The notes beneath the pieces are model-generated. The model did not search any database. It was not told where the DNA came from and was given only the letters and a program-made list of their open reading frames with translations. A DNA stretch of 51,655 nucleotides, taken from Minisyncoccota bacterium. Lineage in GTDB: Bacteria > Patescibacteriota > Minisyncoccia > Phycocordibacterales > CAIZLB01. Numbering within the stretch: the first letter of the stretch is position 1; every line of letters begins with the position of its first letter. Shown here piece by piece: positions 25,199-34,694 of this stretch. A program made the translations under genes and the position numbers. The stretch spans positions 1 to 51,655 of the forward strand of contig DASWWM010000027.1 in assembly GCA_036405975.1 (NCBI GenBank). Direction: 5' to 3'.

Positions 25199-27345
25199 TA
25201 TTTTCGGGACTCAACGATCTGCTTCTCAACGTTTGGTGGAACAACATCGTAGTGATCGAATTCCATCGTCATTGATCCTCGTCCCTGTGTCATTGATCGG
25301 AGGTCAGTCGTGTATCCGAACATTTCTGACAATGGAACCATGGCTCGGATAGCCTTGTTCATTCCTCGGTCGTCCATTCCTTCGATAACTCCTCGCTTTG
25401 ATGAAAGTGAGCCAGTTACGTCACCCATGAATGATTCTGGAGTTACAACCTCAACCTTCATGATCGGCTCGAGGATAACTGGCTTAGCCTTCTTGGCAGC
25501 AGCCTGGAATGCCTGAGATGCGGCAATCTTGTATGCGAGTTCAGATGAGTCAACATCGTGTGATGAACCGAATGTAAGCTCGCAAGAAACGTCCGTCATC
25601 GGGAAGCCGGCTACGATACCTCGGTCCATGGCTTCCTTAACGCCCTTCTCCACAGCAGGGATGAATTCAGTTGGGATAACGCCTCCCTTGATAGAGTCGA
25701 TGAATTCGAATCCGTCCTCTCGGTGTACGTTCTTCGCGATCTTCGCGCCTTCCTCGAGAGCCTCGAGAGGCTTGATCGTGATTCGAACGTGACCATACTG
25801 ACCCTTACCTCCTGACTGCTTAACGTACTTGAAGTCTTCGTCTACGCATGTGCCCTTGATAGTCTCTCGGTATGATACCTGAGGCTTACCGACATTTGCT
25901 TCTACGTTGAACTCTCGCTTCATTCGGTCAACCATGATTTCAAGATGGAGCTCACCCATACCCGCGATGATCGTCTCTCCAGTTTCCTGGTTTGATGAGA
26001 TTCGGAATGTCGGATCTTCATCGGCAAGCTTCTTGAGGGCCATACCCATCTTCTCCTGGTCAGCCTTAGTCTTTGGCTCGATTCGAAGTGATACTACAGA
26101 CTCAGCGAACTTGATCGGGTCAAGAACGATAGGCTTAGCCTCGTCGCAGAATGTATGAGAAGTCTTCGCATCCTTGAGACCTACAGCGGCTGCGATTTCT
26201 CCGGCGAATACCTTCTTAACTTCTTCTCGCTTGTTGGCCTGAAGTCGCACGATTCGTCCAAGTCGTTCCTTCTGTCCAGTTGTCGAGTTGTAAATGTATG
26301 AGCCGGCTTCGATAGTTCCAGAGTACACTCGGAAGAATGTGAGCTGACCTACGAATGGGTCTGTCTGGAGCTTGAAGGCAAGCGCAGCAAACGGCTCTGT
26401 ATCAGATGCCTGTCGAGTGATGACTTCTCCAGTCTCAGGATCAGTTCCCTGTACGGCAGGGATATCGAGCGGAGACGGAAGGTAGTCAACAACGGCGTCG
26501 AGGATGAGCTGGGTTCCCTTGTTCTTAAGAGATGAACCTGTGAATACAGGGTAAATCTTGTTTGCGATAACCCCCTTTCGAAGAGCGGCCTTGAGTGCAG
26601 GAAGTTCGAAGTCAGTCTTTCCTTCCAGGTACTGGTTCATCATTTCCTCATCCTGCTCAACGATCTTCTCAACGAGTTCAGCTCGTCGCTTAGTCGCCTC
26701 GTCTACCATGTTTGCCGGGATATCGTACTCAATAACCTGGTTACCCATTTCTCCTTCGAACCTGTATGCCTTCATCTTGAGAAGGTCGATGACTCCGTTG
26801 AAGTCTCCTTCAGATCCGATAGGAAGCTGTGCTCGGATGGCGTTCTTGTTAAGTCGATCGAGGATAGACTGGTATGATCGCTCGAATGAAGCACCTGTTC
26901 GGTCAAGCTTGTTGATGTAGCAGATTCGCGGAACCTGGTACTTGTCAGCCTGTCGCCATACAGTCTCAGACTGCGGCTCTACTCCGGCTACTCCGTCGAA
27001 TACCACTACTCCTCCGTCGAGTACCTTGAGTGATCGCTCTACCTCCACTGTGAAGTCCACGTGTCCAGGAGTGTCGATGATGTTGAATCGGTGCTTGTTT
27101 GAAAGGTCGCTTCCCATGTATGTCGGGTTCCAGAAACAAGTGATCGCGGCAGCCGTGATGGTGATACCTCGCTCCTTTTCCTGTTCCATCCAGTCGGTCT
27201 GAGCCTCACCTTCGTGAACCTCCCCGATCTTATGTGACATACCTGTGTAGTAAAGGATTCGCTCAGACGTAGTCGTCTTTCCTGCGTCAATATGGGCGAT
27301 GATACCGAAGTTTCGTACTTTCTCGAGTGGATAATCTCTGTTCAT
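25198..27345 (-). CDS. fusA: elongation factor G
   Basis: [18 protein letters not shown] and NKLD motifs. 715 aa. Confidence 0.97.
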   Translation of the reverse strand: MNRDYPLEKVRNFGIIAHIDAGKTTTSERILYYTGMSHKIGEVHEGEAQTDWMEQEKERGITITAAAITCFWNPTYMGSDLSNKHRFNIIDTPGHVDFTVEVERSLKVLDGGVVVFDGVAGVEPQSETVWRQADKYQVPRICYINKLDRTGASFERSYQSILDRLNKNAIRAQLPIGSEGDFNGVIDLLKMKAYRFEGEMGNQVIEYDIPANMVDEATKRRAELVEKIVEQDEEMMNQYLEGKTDFELPALKAALRKGVIANKIYPVFTGSSLKNKGTQLILDAVVDYLPSPLDIPAVQGTDPETGEVITRQASDTEPFAALAFKLQTDPFVGQLTFFRVYSGTIEAGSYIYNSTTGQKERLGRIVRLQANKREEVKKVFAGEIAAAVGLKDAKTSHTFCDEAKPIVLDPIKFAESVVSLRIEPKTKADQEKMGMALKKLADEDPTFRISSNQETGETIIAGMGELHLEIMVDRMKREFNVEANVGKPQVSYRETIKGTCVDEDFKYVKQSGGKGQYGHVRITIKPLEALEEGAKIAKNVHREDGFEFIDSIKGGVIPTEFIPAVEKGVKEAMDRGIVAGFPMTDVSCELTFGSSHDVDSSELAYKIAASQAFQAAAKKAKPVILEPIMKVEVVTPESFMGDVTGSLSSKRGVIEGMDDRGMNKAIRAMVPLSEMFGYTTDLRSMTQGRGSMTMEFDHYDVVPPNVEKQIVESRK

Positions 27346-27532
27346 ATATGTATCGGCCGAAGCCGGATTCTAAATTTAAAAAGCCCGAGGGCCAGTAAAT
27401 TATTGGTAATTAGATGATAATAAGCACCGACTTTAGAATTAAGTCGTGGGGATAAAATAGCATTATTCCTAAGGGTTTGCAACGATAAACGAGCATTTGC
27501 CCGAGTCTGAAGTCGTGACCTAAAAGGCCTAT

Positions 27533-27880
27533 TTATTCCAGGACCGCATCTTCAAGCTTCAGAATGCGGTTTTCATGGCCCTGATAGAGCTCAGACATGG
27601 CATCCATCTTGATTTCGAGGCTTTCGACCTGACCATCAAGCCGGTTGATGCTTTGCTCGATTTTATCCAGCATGCCCGATTGAATGCCCAATTGACAGTC
27701 TATTTCATAAAGTCTCTGGTTTGTGCGACCCTCCATGGCGCCAAGCTCGTCCTTGGTAGGGAAATTCTCATGCATGTAGTTTTGCATAGAATCAAAGCCT
27801 GTTTTCATGATTTGGGCAAACTTCTCAAATTTGTCATCCATCATGTTTTTGATGAGATTCAGGTCCCTTTTGGTTAACAT
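27533..27880 (-). CDS. hypothetical coiled-coil protein (115 aa)
   Basis: Heptad-like charged sequence. TATACT lies 6 nt upstream of the ATG. Confidence 0.55.
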   Translation of the reverse strand: MLTKRDLNLIKNMMDDKFEKFAQIMKTGFDSMQNYMHENFPTKDELGAMEGRTNQRLYEIDCQLGIQSGMLDKIEQSINRLDGQVESLEIKMDAMSELYQGHENRILKLEDAVLE

Positions 27881-27886
27881 ACCGAA

Positions 27887-27892
27887 AGTATA
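27887..27892 (-). promoter_or_regulatory. -10 box TATACT 6 nt upstream of the ATG at 27880
   Basis: Minus strand reads caggcTATACTttcggtATG. Confidence 0.45.
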
Positions 27893-27932
27893 GCCTGCTC
27901 AAATCAAATTTCCATAAACTGCCTGTGAATAT

Positions 27933-27938
27933 TATAAT
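27933..27938 (+). promoter_or_regulatory. -10 box TATAAT 6 nt upstream of the ATG at 27945
   Basis: gaatatTATAATatggccATGaaa. Confidence 0.45.
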
Positions 27939-27944
27939 ATGGCC

Positions 27945-28628
27945 ATGAAACTCGTAATTTTAGCTGCCGGCAAAGGCAAACGAATGGGAGAATCTTCGAA
28001 CCACACCCCAAAGCCCATCCTTAAATACAAAGGGGAGACCCTCATCGAGCACAAGCTGGAGCAGATTCCGGCTCAGATCAATGAAATTATCGTTGTAATT
28101 GGCCATTTGGGCGAGAAAATAGCCCTTGAACTGGGCACTGACTACAAAGGCATTCCTATTGTATATGTTCAGCAGCACGAGCTTTTGGGTACCGCACACT
28201 CGCTTTGGCAGGCAAAAGACCAGCTTATGGCTGCCGGAGAGCCTTTCCTGGTCCTCATGGGAGATGACCTTTATGCAAAAGAAGACCTTGAAGCCATGAT
28301 TTCTTCATATGAAGCTGACGGCAATTGGGTCGCGCTCGTCCAGAAAGTAGACCAGCAAATGACTGCAGGAAAGTGTGTAGTGGATGAAAATGGCTTTCTT
28401 ATAGCCATCACAGAAGATCCTGAAGGTAAAATCTCACAAAACGTCATGTATACAGGAGGCTGCCTGCTTACGCCTGACGTATTCCAGCTACCTATGGTAC
28501 CCGTCTCCGAAACCGAGTTCGGCCTTCCACAGACGTTCATGCAGAAAACAGGGCTCGGTGGCCAGATTAAGGCCTTGTATGCAACGTATTGGAAGCGAAT
28601 TACAGCCCCGGAAGACCTTGCGGATTAA
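27945..28628 (+). CDS. sugar-phosphate nucleotidyltransferase (NTP_transferase family)
   Basis: MKLVILAAGKGKRMG...PKPIL N-terminal signature. The ORF track starts 2 codons earlier (27939), directly abutting the TATAAT box. Confidence 0.75.
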   Translation: MKLVILAAGKGKRMGESSNHTPKPILKYKGETLIEHKLEQIPAQINEIIVVIGHLGEKIALELGTDYKGIPIVYVQQHELLGTAHSLWQAKDQLMAAGEPFLVLMGDDLYAKEDLEAMISSYEADGNWVALVQKVDQQMTAGKCVVDENGFLIAITEDPEGKISQNVMYTGGCLLTPDVFQLPMVPVSETEFGLPQTFMQKTGLGGQIKALYATYWKRITAPEDLAD

Positions 28629-28640
28629 GACTGGAATATG

Positions 28641-28670
28641 AAAACCGCCTCTGTGCAGGCGGTTTTTGTT
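28641..28670. terminator. bidirectional intrinsic terminator
   Basis: aaaaccgcct ctgtgc aggcggtttt. Confidence 0.8.
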
Positions 28671-28692
28671 TGATTGAGCTGTTCACAGCAGC

Positions 28693-28914
28693 TTACTCGA
28701 AAGGCGTAATCATCCCTTTGGATACCAACCTTCGTATGACATTTGAGACCAGAAACTCGCGCGGATAGCGCTTCGTTCTGATGACCGACTGAGCCTGGAT
28801 TTCAGACCAGATCCTGATGAGTTCCCTCCCCTTGATGTCCAGAATCGCATAGCCAGAATACTGACCGCCAATCCATGCATATCGTGCTGCCAAAGGCAGT
28901 TTTCGCATTTTCAT
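28693..28914 (-). CDS. hypothetical protein (73 aa)
   Basis: ORF bracketed by two terminators. No recognisable motif or clear start signal. Confidence 0.4.
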   Translation of the reverse strand: MKMRKLPLAARYAWIGGQYSGYAILDIKGRELIRIWSEIQAQSVIRTKRYPREFLVSNVIRRLVSKGMITPFE

Positions 28915-28954
28915 AGTTCCGAAAGGATTAAAGCAAACTCAAGCACACAAAGCA

Positions 28955-28979
28955 AAAACCGCCTTTTTGAGGCGGTTTT
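28955..28979 (-). terminator. intrinsic terminator after rpsG
   Basis: aaaaccgcc tttttga ggcggtttt. Confidence 0.8.
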
Positions 28980-28999
28980 GTCTGTTTGAAAACTGAGGA

Positions 29000-29470
29000 C
29001 TACCAAGCGAGATGCGCGAAAGCCTTGTTGGCTTCTGCCATCTTGAGGGTGTTTTCCTTCTTTCGAACAGCTTCTCCTTCGTTCTTTGAAGCGGCAATGA
29101 TCTCGTCAGCAAGCTTTACGTGCATAGCTGCGCCTTTCTTTGATCGGGCAGCGTCAATGATCCACTTCATTGAGAGATACTGTCGTCGCTCAGGTCGGAC
29201 TTCTCGAGGAACCTGGTAGTTCGCTCCTCCGACTCGTCGTGATCGAACTTCTACCGCAGGGGCAGTGTTCTTGAGGGCCGTATTGAAGATTTCAATAGGA
29301 TTCTCGGTCTTTAGCTTGTCAGCAATAGTGTCGAAGCTTCGGTAGACGATGGCAATAGCCGTAGTCTTCTTTCCGCTCCACATACAATAGTTGATGAACT
29401 TGCCTACCTCGAGTGAGTTGTACTTGAGGTCAGCCTTGGCTACATTACGATTTTTTACTTTTCGTCGCAT
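29000..29470 (-). CDS. rpsG: 30S ribosomal protein S7
   Basis: VEVRSRRVGGANYQVP motif. Follows rpsL. Confidence 0.95.
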   Translation of the reverse strand: MRRKVKNRNVAKADLKYNSLEVGKFINYCMWSGKKTTAIAIVYRSFDTIADKLKTENPIEIFNTALKNTAPAVEVRSRRVGGANYQVPREVRPERRQYLSMKWIIDAARSKKGAAMHVKLADEIIAASKNEGEAVRKKENTLKMAEANKAFAHLAW

Positions 29471-29572
29471 TGGATGATGATAATTAAAGGGAAATTTCTG
29501 TTAATTCGCAGAATGTATTCAGTCTTGCGCTTCAATGCGGGACTTACTCTGCTTTGGTATCTAGGAGATTGA

Positions 29573-29989
29573 TTACTTAGCTGCCTTAGGTCGCTTAGCT
29601 CCGTATGCAGATCGCTGCTTTCGTCGCTTTTCTACGCCCGCACAGTCGAGTACGCCTCGAACTACCGTGTATCGGATACCTACGTCCTTTACTCGTCCAC
29701 CTCGGAGGAGTACTACTGAGTGCTCCTGGAGGTTATGACCCATACCTGGGATGTACGCAGTAACTTCAAGACCGTTTGAAAGTCGTACTCGGCAAATCTT
29801 TCGGATCGCTGAGTTAGGCTTCTTAGGAGTCTTAGTCGTTACCTTTGTGCAAACTCCCTTCTTGAAAGGAGAGTTGTAGTACACCGGTCGGTTGTGAAGA
29901 ACGTTGAATCCTCGAGTAAGGGCAATAGCCTTGCTCTTTCGCTCCGTCTTCTTTCGATTCCTTTTTACTAGTTGGTTAATTGTAGGCAT
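29573..29989 (-). CDS. rpsL: 30S ribosomal protein S12
   Basis: MPTINQLVK...[10 protein letters not shown]. Confidence 0.96.
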   Translation of the reverse strand: MPTINQLVKRNRKKTERKSKAIALTRGFNVLHNRPVYYNSPFKKGVCTKVTTKTPKKPNSAIRKICRVRLSNGLEVTAYIPGMGHNLQEHSVVLLRGGRVKDVGIRYTVVRGVLDCAGVEKRRKQRSAYGAKRPKAAK

Positions 29990-30127
29990 GTGCCTTTTTG
30001 TTTTGAATTACCTATTAAGTAAGCCATTTCCTATGTTCCGCATAGGGAGTGACTAAAAATAAAATGCTCCGAAAAGCACTGAGTCAGAGAATACTATATA
30101 TATAGGTGCAATGCAAGAAATAAAGGC

Positions 30128-30730
30128 CTAGACGCCCGCAATACCGTTCACGATAGCGAATACGGCTGGAGCTAGGAACTGCCAGAGTACAAAAATGAAG
30201 AGAACTGTGGCAATCATGCCGTACTGCTCGAAAACAGCCCTAAACTTGGCCATTTGGTTTGGAAAAAGATTGATGAGAATCTTCGAGCCGTCCAAAGGAG
30301 GAAGTGGAACAAGGTTGAAAAAGGCCAATGTAGCGTTGATTAGAGCCGCAACATAGAGAATGTATGTGGTTTCCTGAGGAATGGCCGTTCCGAAGAAGCG
30401 GATAGTCAGGGCCGCTGCCAGCATGATCACGATATTTGACAGCGGCCCTGCAAATGCCACCCAAAGCTCGCTCCAGCGGCCATTTTTAAGGTTATATGGG
30501 TTATACGGTACCGGCTTGGCCCATCCAAATACGATGCTTCCAGGCAAAATGACGCAGATAAGCGGCACGAGGATTGATCCGACAGGGTCTATATGGCTGA
30601 TAGGGTTCAATGTGAGCCGTCCTGCATACTTTGCCGTCTTGTCGCCCTGAGACAGTGCAGCAAGGCCGTGAGCCACTTCGTGAATGACGATTGAAAGTAT
30701 TAAAATGGCGACTGTGAAGATAGAAATCAT
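30128..30730 (-). CDS. site-2 protease family (peptidase M50) membrane metalloprotease
   Basis: HEVAHG zinc motif inside a TM helix and LTLNPISHIDP. Start chosen at MISIFTVAIL; upstream in-frame Mets at 30760 and 30844 would collide with rpmB. Confidence 0.75.
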   Translation of the reverse strand: MISIFTVAILILSIVIHEVAHGLAALSQGDKTAKYAGRLTLNPISHIDPVGSILVPLICVILPGSIVFGWAKPVPYNPYNLKNGRWSELWVAFAGPLSNIVIMLAAALTIRFFGTAIPQETTYILYVAALINATLAFFNLVPLPPLDGSKILINLFPNQMAKFRAVFEQYGMIATVLFIFVLWQFLAPAVFAIVNGIAGV

Positions 30731-30770
30731 GTTTGCGTTATGTAGAAAATATGATAGCATGTTCGAACAT

Positions 30771-31013
30771 ATGGCAAAAGTATGCGCAATTACAAAAAGA
30801 GGACCTCGAACTGGAGGAGGGTATTCTAACCGAACCCGAGCCACTCAGTTCAACCCTACGGGAACGAGACTCCGATACCCAAACCTTCAGAAGAAGCGAA
30901 TTTACGTTCCTGAACTCAAGAAGAGCGTCATGGTGACCATCTCAACCAGAGCTCTCAAGACAATCCAGAAGAACGGCGCATTCGCCACTCTCAAGAAAGC
31001 AGGACTCATTTAA
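30771..31013 (+). CDS. rpmB: 50S ribosomal protein L28
   Basis: Internal Met of ORF 30684..31013: MAKVCAITKRGPRTGGGYSNRTRATQFNPTGTRLRYPNLQKKR. Confidence 0.88.
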   Translation: MAKVCAITKRGPRTGGGYSNRTRATQFNPTGTRLRYPNLQKKRIYVPELKKSVMVTISTRALKTIQKNGAFATLKKAGLI

Positions 31014-31039
31014 TACTAAGTTCCGAGTCCAAGGTACTG

Positions 31040-31062
31040 AAACCGCCGAAAGGCGGTTTTTG
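31040..31062 (+). terminator. intrinsic terminator after rpmB
   Basis: aaaccgcc gaaa ggcggttttt. Confidence 0.85.
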
Positions 31063-31063
31063 T

Positions 31064-31069
31064 TATAAT
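31064..31069 (+). promoter_or_regulatory. -10 box TATAAT 6 nt upstream of the ATG at 31076
   Basis: ttgtTATAATtcggacATG. Confidence 0.45.
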
Positions 31070-31075
31070 TCGGAC

Positions 31076-31375
31076 ATGATCATACCTCGAAACGGCTTCT
31101 ATGTTCATTATAAGCATGACCCGGAGGGACCGGTAAATAACTATATATATGAAGTGGTAGGCATTGCCAGAAACACCGAAGAGAAAACCTTCGCTGTGCT
31201 TTATCGTCCGGTATATCAGAATTCATGGTTGCCGCCTGCAGATTTCCAATCGCGACCTCTCGATATGTTCAATGAGGAAGTCGAGATAGACGGCACTATC
31301 ATGCCCAGATTCAGACTTGTCACGGACCAGACAAAAATAGATGAATTGACTGAAGCCAGAGACAAAATGTACTAA
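31076..31375 (+). CDS. DUF1653-like protein
   Basis: GFYVHYKH...YEVVGIARNTEEKTFAVLYRPVY...RPLDMF...PRF pattern. Confidence 0.6.
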   Translation: MIIPRNGFYVHYKHDPEGPVNNYIYEVVGIARNTEEKTFAVLYRPVYQNSWLPPADFQSRPLDMFNEEVEIDGTIMPRFRLVTDQTKIDELTEARDKMY

Positions 31376-31381
31376 GCAGGT

Positions 31382-32515
31382 TCACTGCGAGTTCATCTGA
31401 TTTCCATCAGAATAAAAAGTGACGGTTCCCAGTTCGTCAGTTCGAAGAATTTTTACTCCAAACTTTTGAAAGGTCTCCATAACTGACTGATTTGGATGTC
31501 CGTACTTATTTGAGGTACCGGATGAAATGATCGCGAAGTCAGGAGAAACAGCTTGAACAAAATCTGATGCAGTTGATGTCTTAGAACCGTGATGTCCGGC
31601 TTTCAGTGTTTTTGATTTCAGTCCAAGGCCGCCACTTGCATCCGATTTGCTTTGCTCGATGATGTACCGTTCCATTTCGACAGGAGCATCTCCGGTCATC
31701 ATTACAGAATTCTCTCCATGAGTCACCCGCATGACGACGGACATCTCATTCGTCTCCATCAGGTCTTTCGGAAAGCAGCTTCGGTAATCCGGCTCAGCGC
31801 GTGATGCAGATTTCGATTTTCCAGTTTTAGTTTTTTCATTCTTTCTTGAGATTTTTGCATCAACTTTGCTTTTGCATTTTTGAATCTTCTCAGCGACATA
31901 CTTGAAGCTCGGTGCGAGCACCTGAACTTCGACTGGAGTTCCAGTCTGCTTGCCGTTCTTATCGCGATCACTGATTCTCATTTTCATACCTTCATATGCA
32001 TGCAGTCTGTTCGTCTTCGGCCGAGCGCCAACATCGGCTGCTTCGATGTTACCATTCGGCCCACCTTCACTTCTGTGTGCTGAGTCTTCTCCAACCATCT
32101 TTTCTACCTCTTCAAAAAGTTTGCTTGTGCCGGTGACAAAACTGTCGAGATAGATTCCGTAGTTGAACCGATCTATTAACCATTTCATTCCTCCGATATG
32201 ATCGGCATCTGGATGAGTCGCGACGATGACATCTATACTTTTGTCGAAGATGTTAAGACTCTCTGAGAGTGATTCCTTGAACGTACCGGCCGGCGGACCT
32301 GCATCGATGAGAAGGGATGCTCCGCCGGCCGTCTTAAGAAGAAACCCATCGCCTTGTCCGACATCGAGAAAATGCATTTCGACCTCGGCATTCGGACCAG
32401 CTGACACGAAGAAAAATGCACTGAGCACCAGAGATACCACAGCTGCAAAAATGGCAGCATGGGAAGCCACCCGGAGGAACTGTCTTTGAGTTTTTTCTGC
32501 GTGATATACTTTCAT
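31382..32515 (-). CDS. membrane-anchored ComEC/Rec2-related metallo-beta-lactamase domain protein
   Basis: HFLDVGQGDGFLLKTAGGASLLIDAGP, ATHPDADHIGG, LKAGHHGS and KYGHP motifs. N-terminal TM helix. A Lys-rich insertion of ~90 aa. Confidence 0.75.
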   Translation of the reverse strand: MKVYHAEKTQRQFLRVASHAAIFAAVVSLVLSAFFFVSAGPNAEVEMHFLDVGQGDGFLLKTAGGASLLIDAGPPAGTFKESLSESLNIFDKSIDVIVATHPDADHIGGMKWLIDRFNYGIYLDSFVTGTSKLFEEVEKMVGEDSAHRSEGGPNGNIEAADVGARPKTNRLHAYEGMKMRISDRDKNGKQTGTPVEVQVLAPSFKYVAEKIQKCKSKVDAKISRKNEKTKTGKSKSASRAEPDYRSCFPKDLMETNEMSVVMRVTHGENSVMMTGDAPVEMERYIIEQSKSDASGGLGLKSKTLKAGHHGSKTSTASDFVQAVSPDFAIISSGTSNKYGHPNQSVMETFQKFGVKILRTDELGTVTFYSDGNQMNSQ

Positions 32516-32541
32516 CGATTTACAAGTTTAATCATCAATTT

Positions 32542-33141
32542 ATGACATATTCAGAAAAGCAATTTTCCATCCCCGAGCTCCAGGGCATTTCAGCCAAGAC
32601 TATCGAGGAGCACCTCAAGCTCTATGCCGGGTACGTGAAGCATCTCAATCTCATCCAGGACAAAGTTGCTGAGCTCTCGGCCGACTACGAAAAGAATGCA
32701 TTCACGATCGGCGAGCTCCGACGGCGACTCGGCTTCGAGTTCGACGGAATGCGAAATCATGAGTACTACTTCGAGCAGTTCGAAGGAGGTGCGGCAGCGG
32801 CCGAAAAGGACAGCGACTTTGCAAAAAAAATTGATGCCGACCTCGGTGGCTTTGACGCATGGCTTACAGGCTTCAAGGCTCTCGCCATGACAAGAGGAGT
32901 GGGATGGGCTGTCCTATACTTCGACAAAAAGACAGGCCAGCTTGTCCAGACATGGATCGAGGAACAACATCTCGGACAGCTCGCAGGACTCGATGTCATT
33001 CTTGCATTGGACATGTGGGAGCACTCATACATGCTCGACTATGTGCCGTCAGAAAAGAAGAAATACGTTGAGGCCTTCTTCTCTAACCTCAACTGGAAGG
33101 TAGTGGAAGAAAGATACGTGAAGTCAGTTTCACAACTCTAG
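32542..33141 (+). CDS. Fe/Mn superoxide dismutase family protein
   Basis: LDMWEHSYMLDY (D..EH metal ligands) and NHEYYF. Confidence 0.8.
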   Translation: MTYSEKQFSIPELQGISAKTIEEHLKLYAGYVKHLNLIQDKVAELSADYEKNAFTIGELRRRLGFEFDGMRNHEYYFEQFEGGAAAAEKDSDFAKKIDADLGGFDAWLTGFKALAMTRGVGWAVLYFDKKTGQLVQTWIEEQHLGQLAGLDVILALDMWEHSYMLDYVPSEKKKYVEAFFSNLNWKVVEERYVKSVSQL

Positions 33142-33232
33142 CAGGTATGTTTCGGGAATTCTAAAAGATTCACAGGAATTCACGGAAGACGTTTCAGCAA
33201 TACACTTTGGAAATGCCGCAAGTGACGAATAC

Positions 33233-34648
33233 CTACGTATTCAGCTGCGGCATTTTCTCTTTCTTACCCATGAAACGATACTCGTAGACGGCGATGTCGA
33301 GGATGAATACGGCATACGAAACGAGAATCCACGACACTGGTATCGGAGGAATAAGGATATGCGACCATGAAATGCTGGCAGCAATGTCGACCACCTTCAG
33401 TTCATATGAGAGCAGGATCCATGAAACGAATGCGGGCACGGATGCCACTGCCCCGGATATGAAACTCAAAACACTGACGACAAACACCAAAAGCATCGTG
33501 AGGGGGATAACTGGAAGAACGATGATGTTCACCGCCAGCGCGATAACCGAGAAGAGTCCTGACATATGGATGATGAATGGCAGTGTGAATAACTGAGTAG
33601 CGAAAGTGCATGCAATGAGATCGACCACTGACTCAGGGACCTTGAACTTTGTTTTGAGAAACATGATTCGAACCTTCACGCGTTCTGAGTACAGGATCAA
33701 TCCCAAGCTCGCGAGGAAGCTCAGCTGGAAGGAAGGGTCATGGAAAAGGATTTTTGGATTATGGACAAGCATCAAGGACCCGGCTACGGTCAGAGACATG
33801 AGTGCCGCATTTGTCCGATTGGTCAGCCGGGCATACAGAGCGATCAGGGACATGACAGTCGATCGGACAACCGTCGCTCCGCCGCCCGTCATGACCGCAA
33901 AGCCGACAATGCCAAGACCTCCGCATACGCTCGCAATCGTCTTCGGGAGAAATCCGAAGACCTTGAGTATCGCATCACCAATGATGGACACATTCGATCC
34001 GGAAAGGACGACGATGTGAATGAGTCCAGCTATCTGAAACTTTTCCTGCAGTTCCTTGCTCATGGATCCCTTTCCGGAGATGATCAGGCCGCTCGCAAGA
34101 AATGCATGCGGCGACGGAAGGGACGACTCGATATTCTCAACGATCCGTGACTTCACCGAGTACAGGAATGATGTAACAGAATTTCCGAATCCAGACCCGA
34201 CGACCTCGAGATCTCTCGCTTCCAGAATGTAGTAGATGTCATCTTTTGCCAGGAACGATCTGTAGTTGAAGGTTCGGCCATCCTCACTCTCGATGAGGTC
34301 TGGAACTTTTACAGACGCATCGAACTCCAGCATGTCACCGTACCTGACGACTTCCCCAAGATGCCTGGATCTGACCAGGACAGTCGGAGGTTCACTCTTC
34401 TGCGACTCGATCTGAAACCATGTTCCGTCAGCAAGAAATTCACTGGCATAAAATTTGAATCTCGGACTTCCATTTCTGATTTCAGGCGACTCAAGCACCG
34501 TGCCCCTGAACCTGAACTTCTTTCCCACGAACTGATCGAGCGACGAATCAGGGACACTGAGATCGAAGAACCTGATCAGTGCAAAAACGAAAGCTGCCGC
34601 GAATAGCGACAGCCGTATCAGTAGTTTTGTTTTTCTAGATACGGGCAT
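33233..34648 (-). CDS. comEC: ComEC/Rec2 DNA internalisation channel (DUF4131-like N-domain plus competence TM domain, no MBL domain)
   Basis: N-terminal TM helix and OB-like region, then ~9 TM helices (GLIHIVVLSGSNVSII). Ends before any beta-lactamase motifs. Confidence 0.75.
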   Translation of the reverse strand: MPVSRKTKLLIRLSLFAAAFVFALIRFFDLSVPDSSLDQFVGKKFRFRGTVLESPEIRNGSPRFKFYASEFLADGTWFQIESQKSEPPTVLVRSRHLGEVVRYGDMLEFDASVKVPDLIESEDGRTFNYRSFLAKDDIYYILEARDLEVVGSGFGNSVTSFLYSVKSRIVENIESSLPSPHAFLASGLIISGKGSMSKELQEKFQIAGLIHIVVLSGSNVSIIGDAILKVFGFLPKTIASVCGGLGIVGFAVMTGGGATVVRSTVMSLIALYARLTNRTNAALMSLTVAGSLMLVHNPKILFHDPSFQLSFLASLGLILYSERVKVRIMFLKTKFKVPESVVDLIACTFATQLFTLPFIIHMSGLFSVIALAVNIIVLPVIPLTMLLVFVVSVLSFISGAVASVPAFVSWILLSYELKVVDIAASISWSHILIPPIPVSWILVSYAVFILDIAVYEYRFMGKKEKMPQLNT

Positions 34649-34694
34649 CCTCGTTCCCGCATGAGCAGGGTGGAATAAAGATAACCGATCGACA

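Noticed and set aside
30684-30770. The extended 109-aa form of the L28 ORF, and the long 238-aa form of the M50 protease (start at 30844).
   Set aside because: The two extensions overlap each other on opposite strands. L28 homology begins at MAKVCAITKRG (30771). M50 family proteins typically start ~17-20 residues before the HExxH motif.
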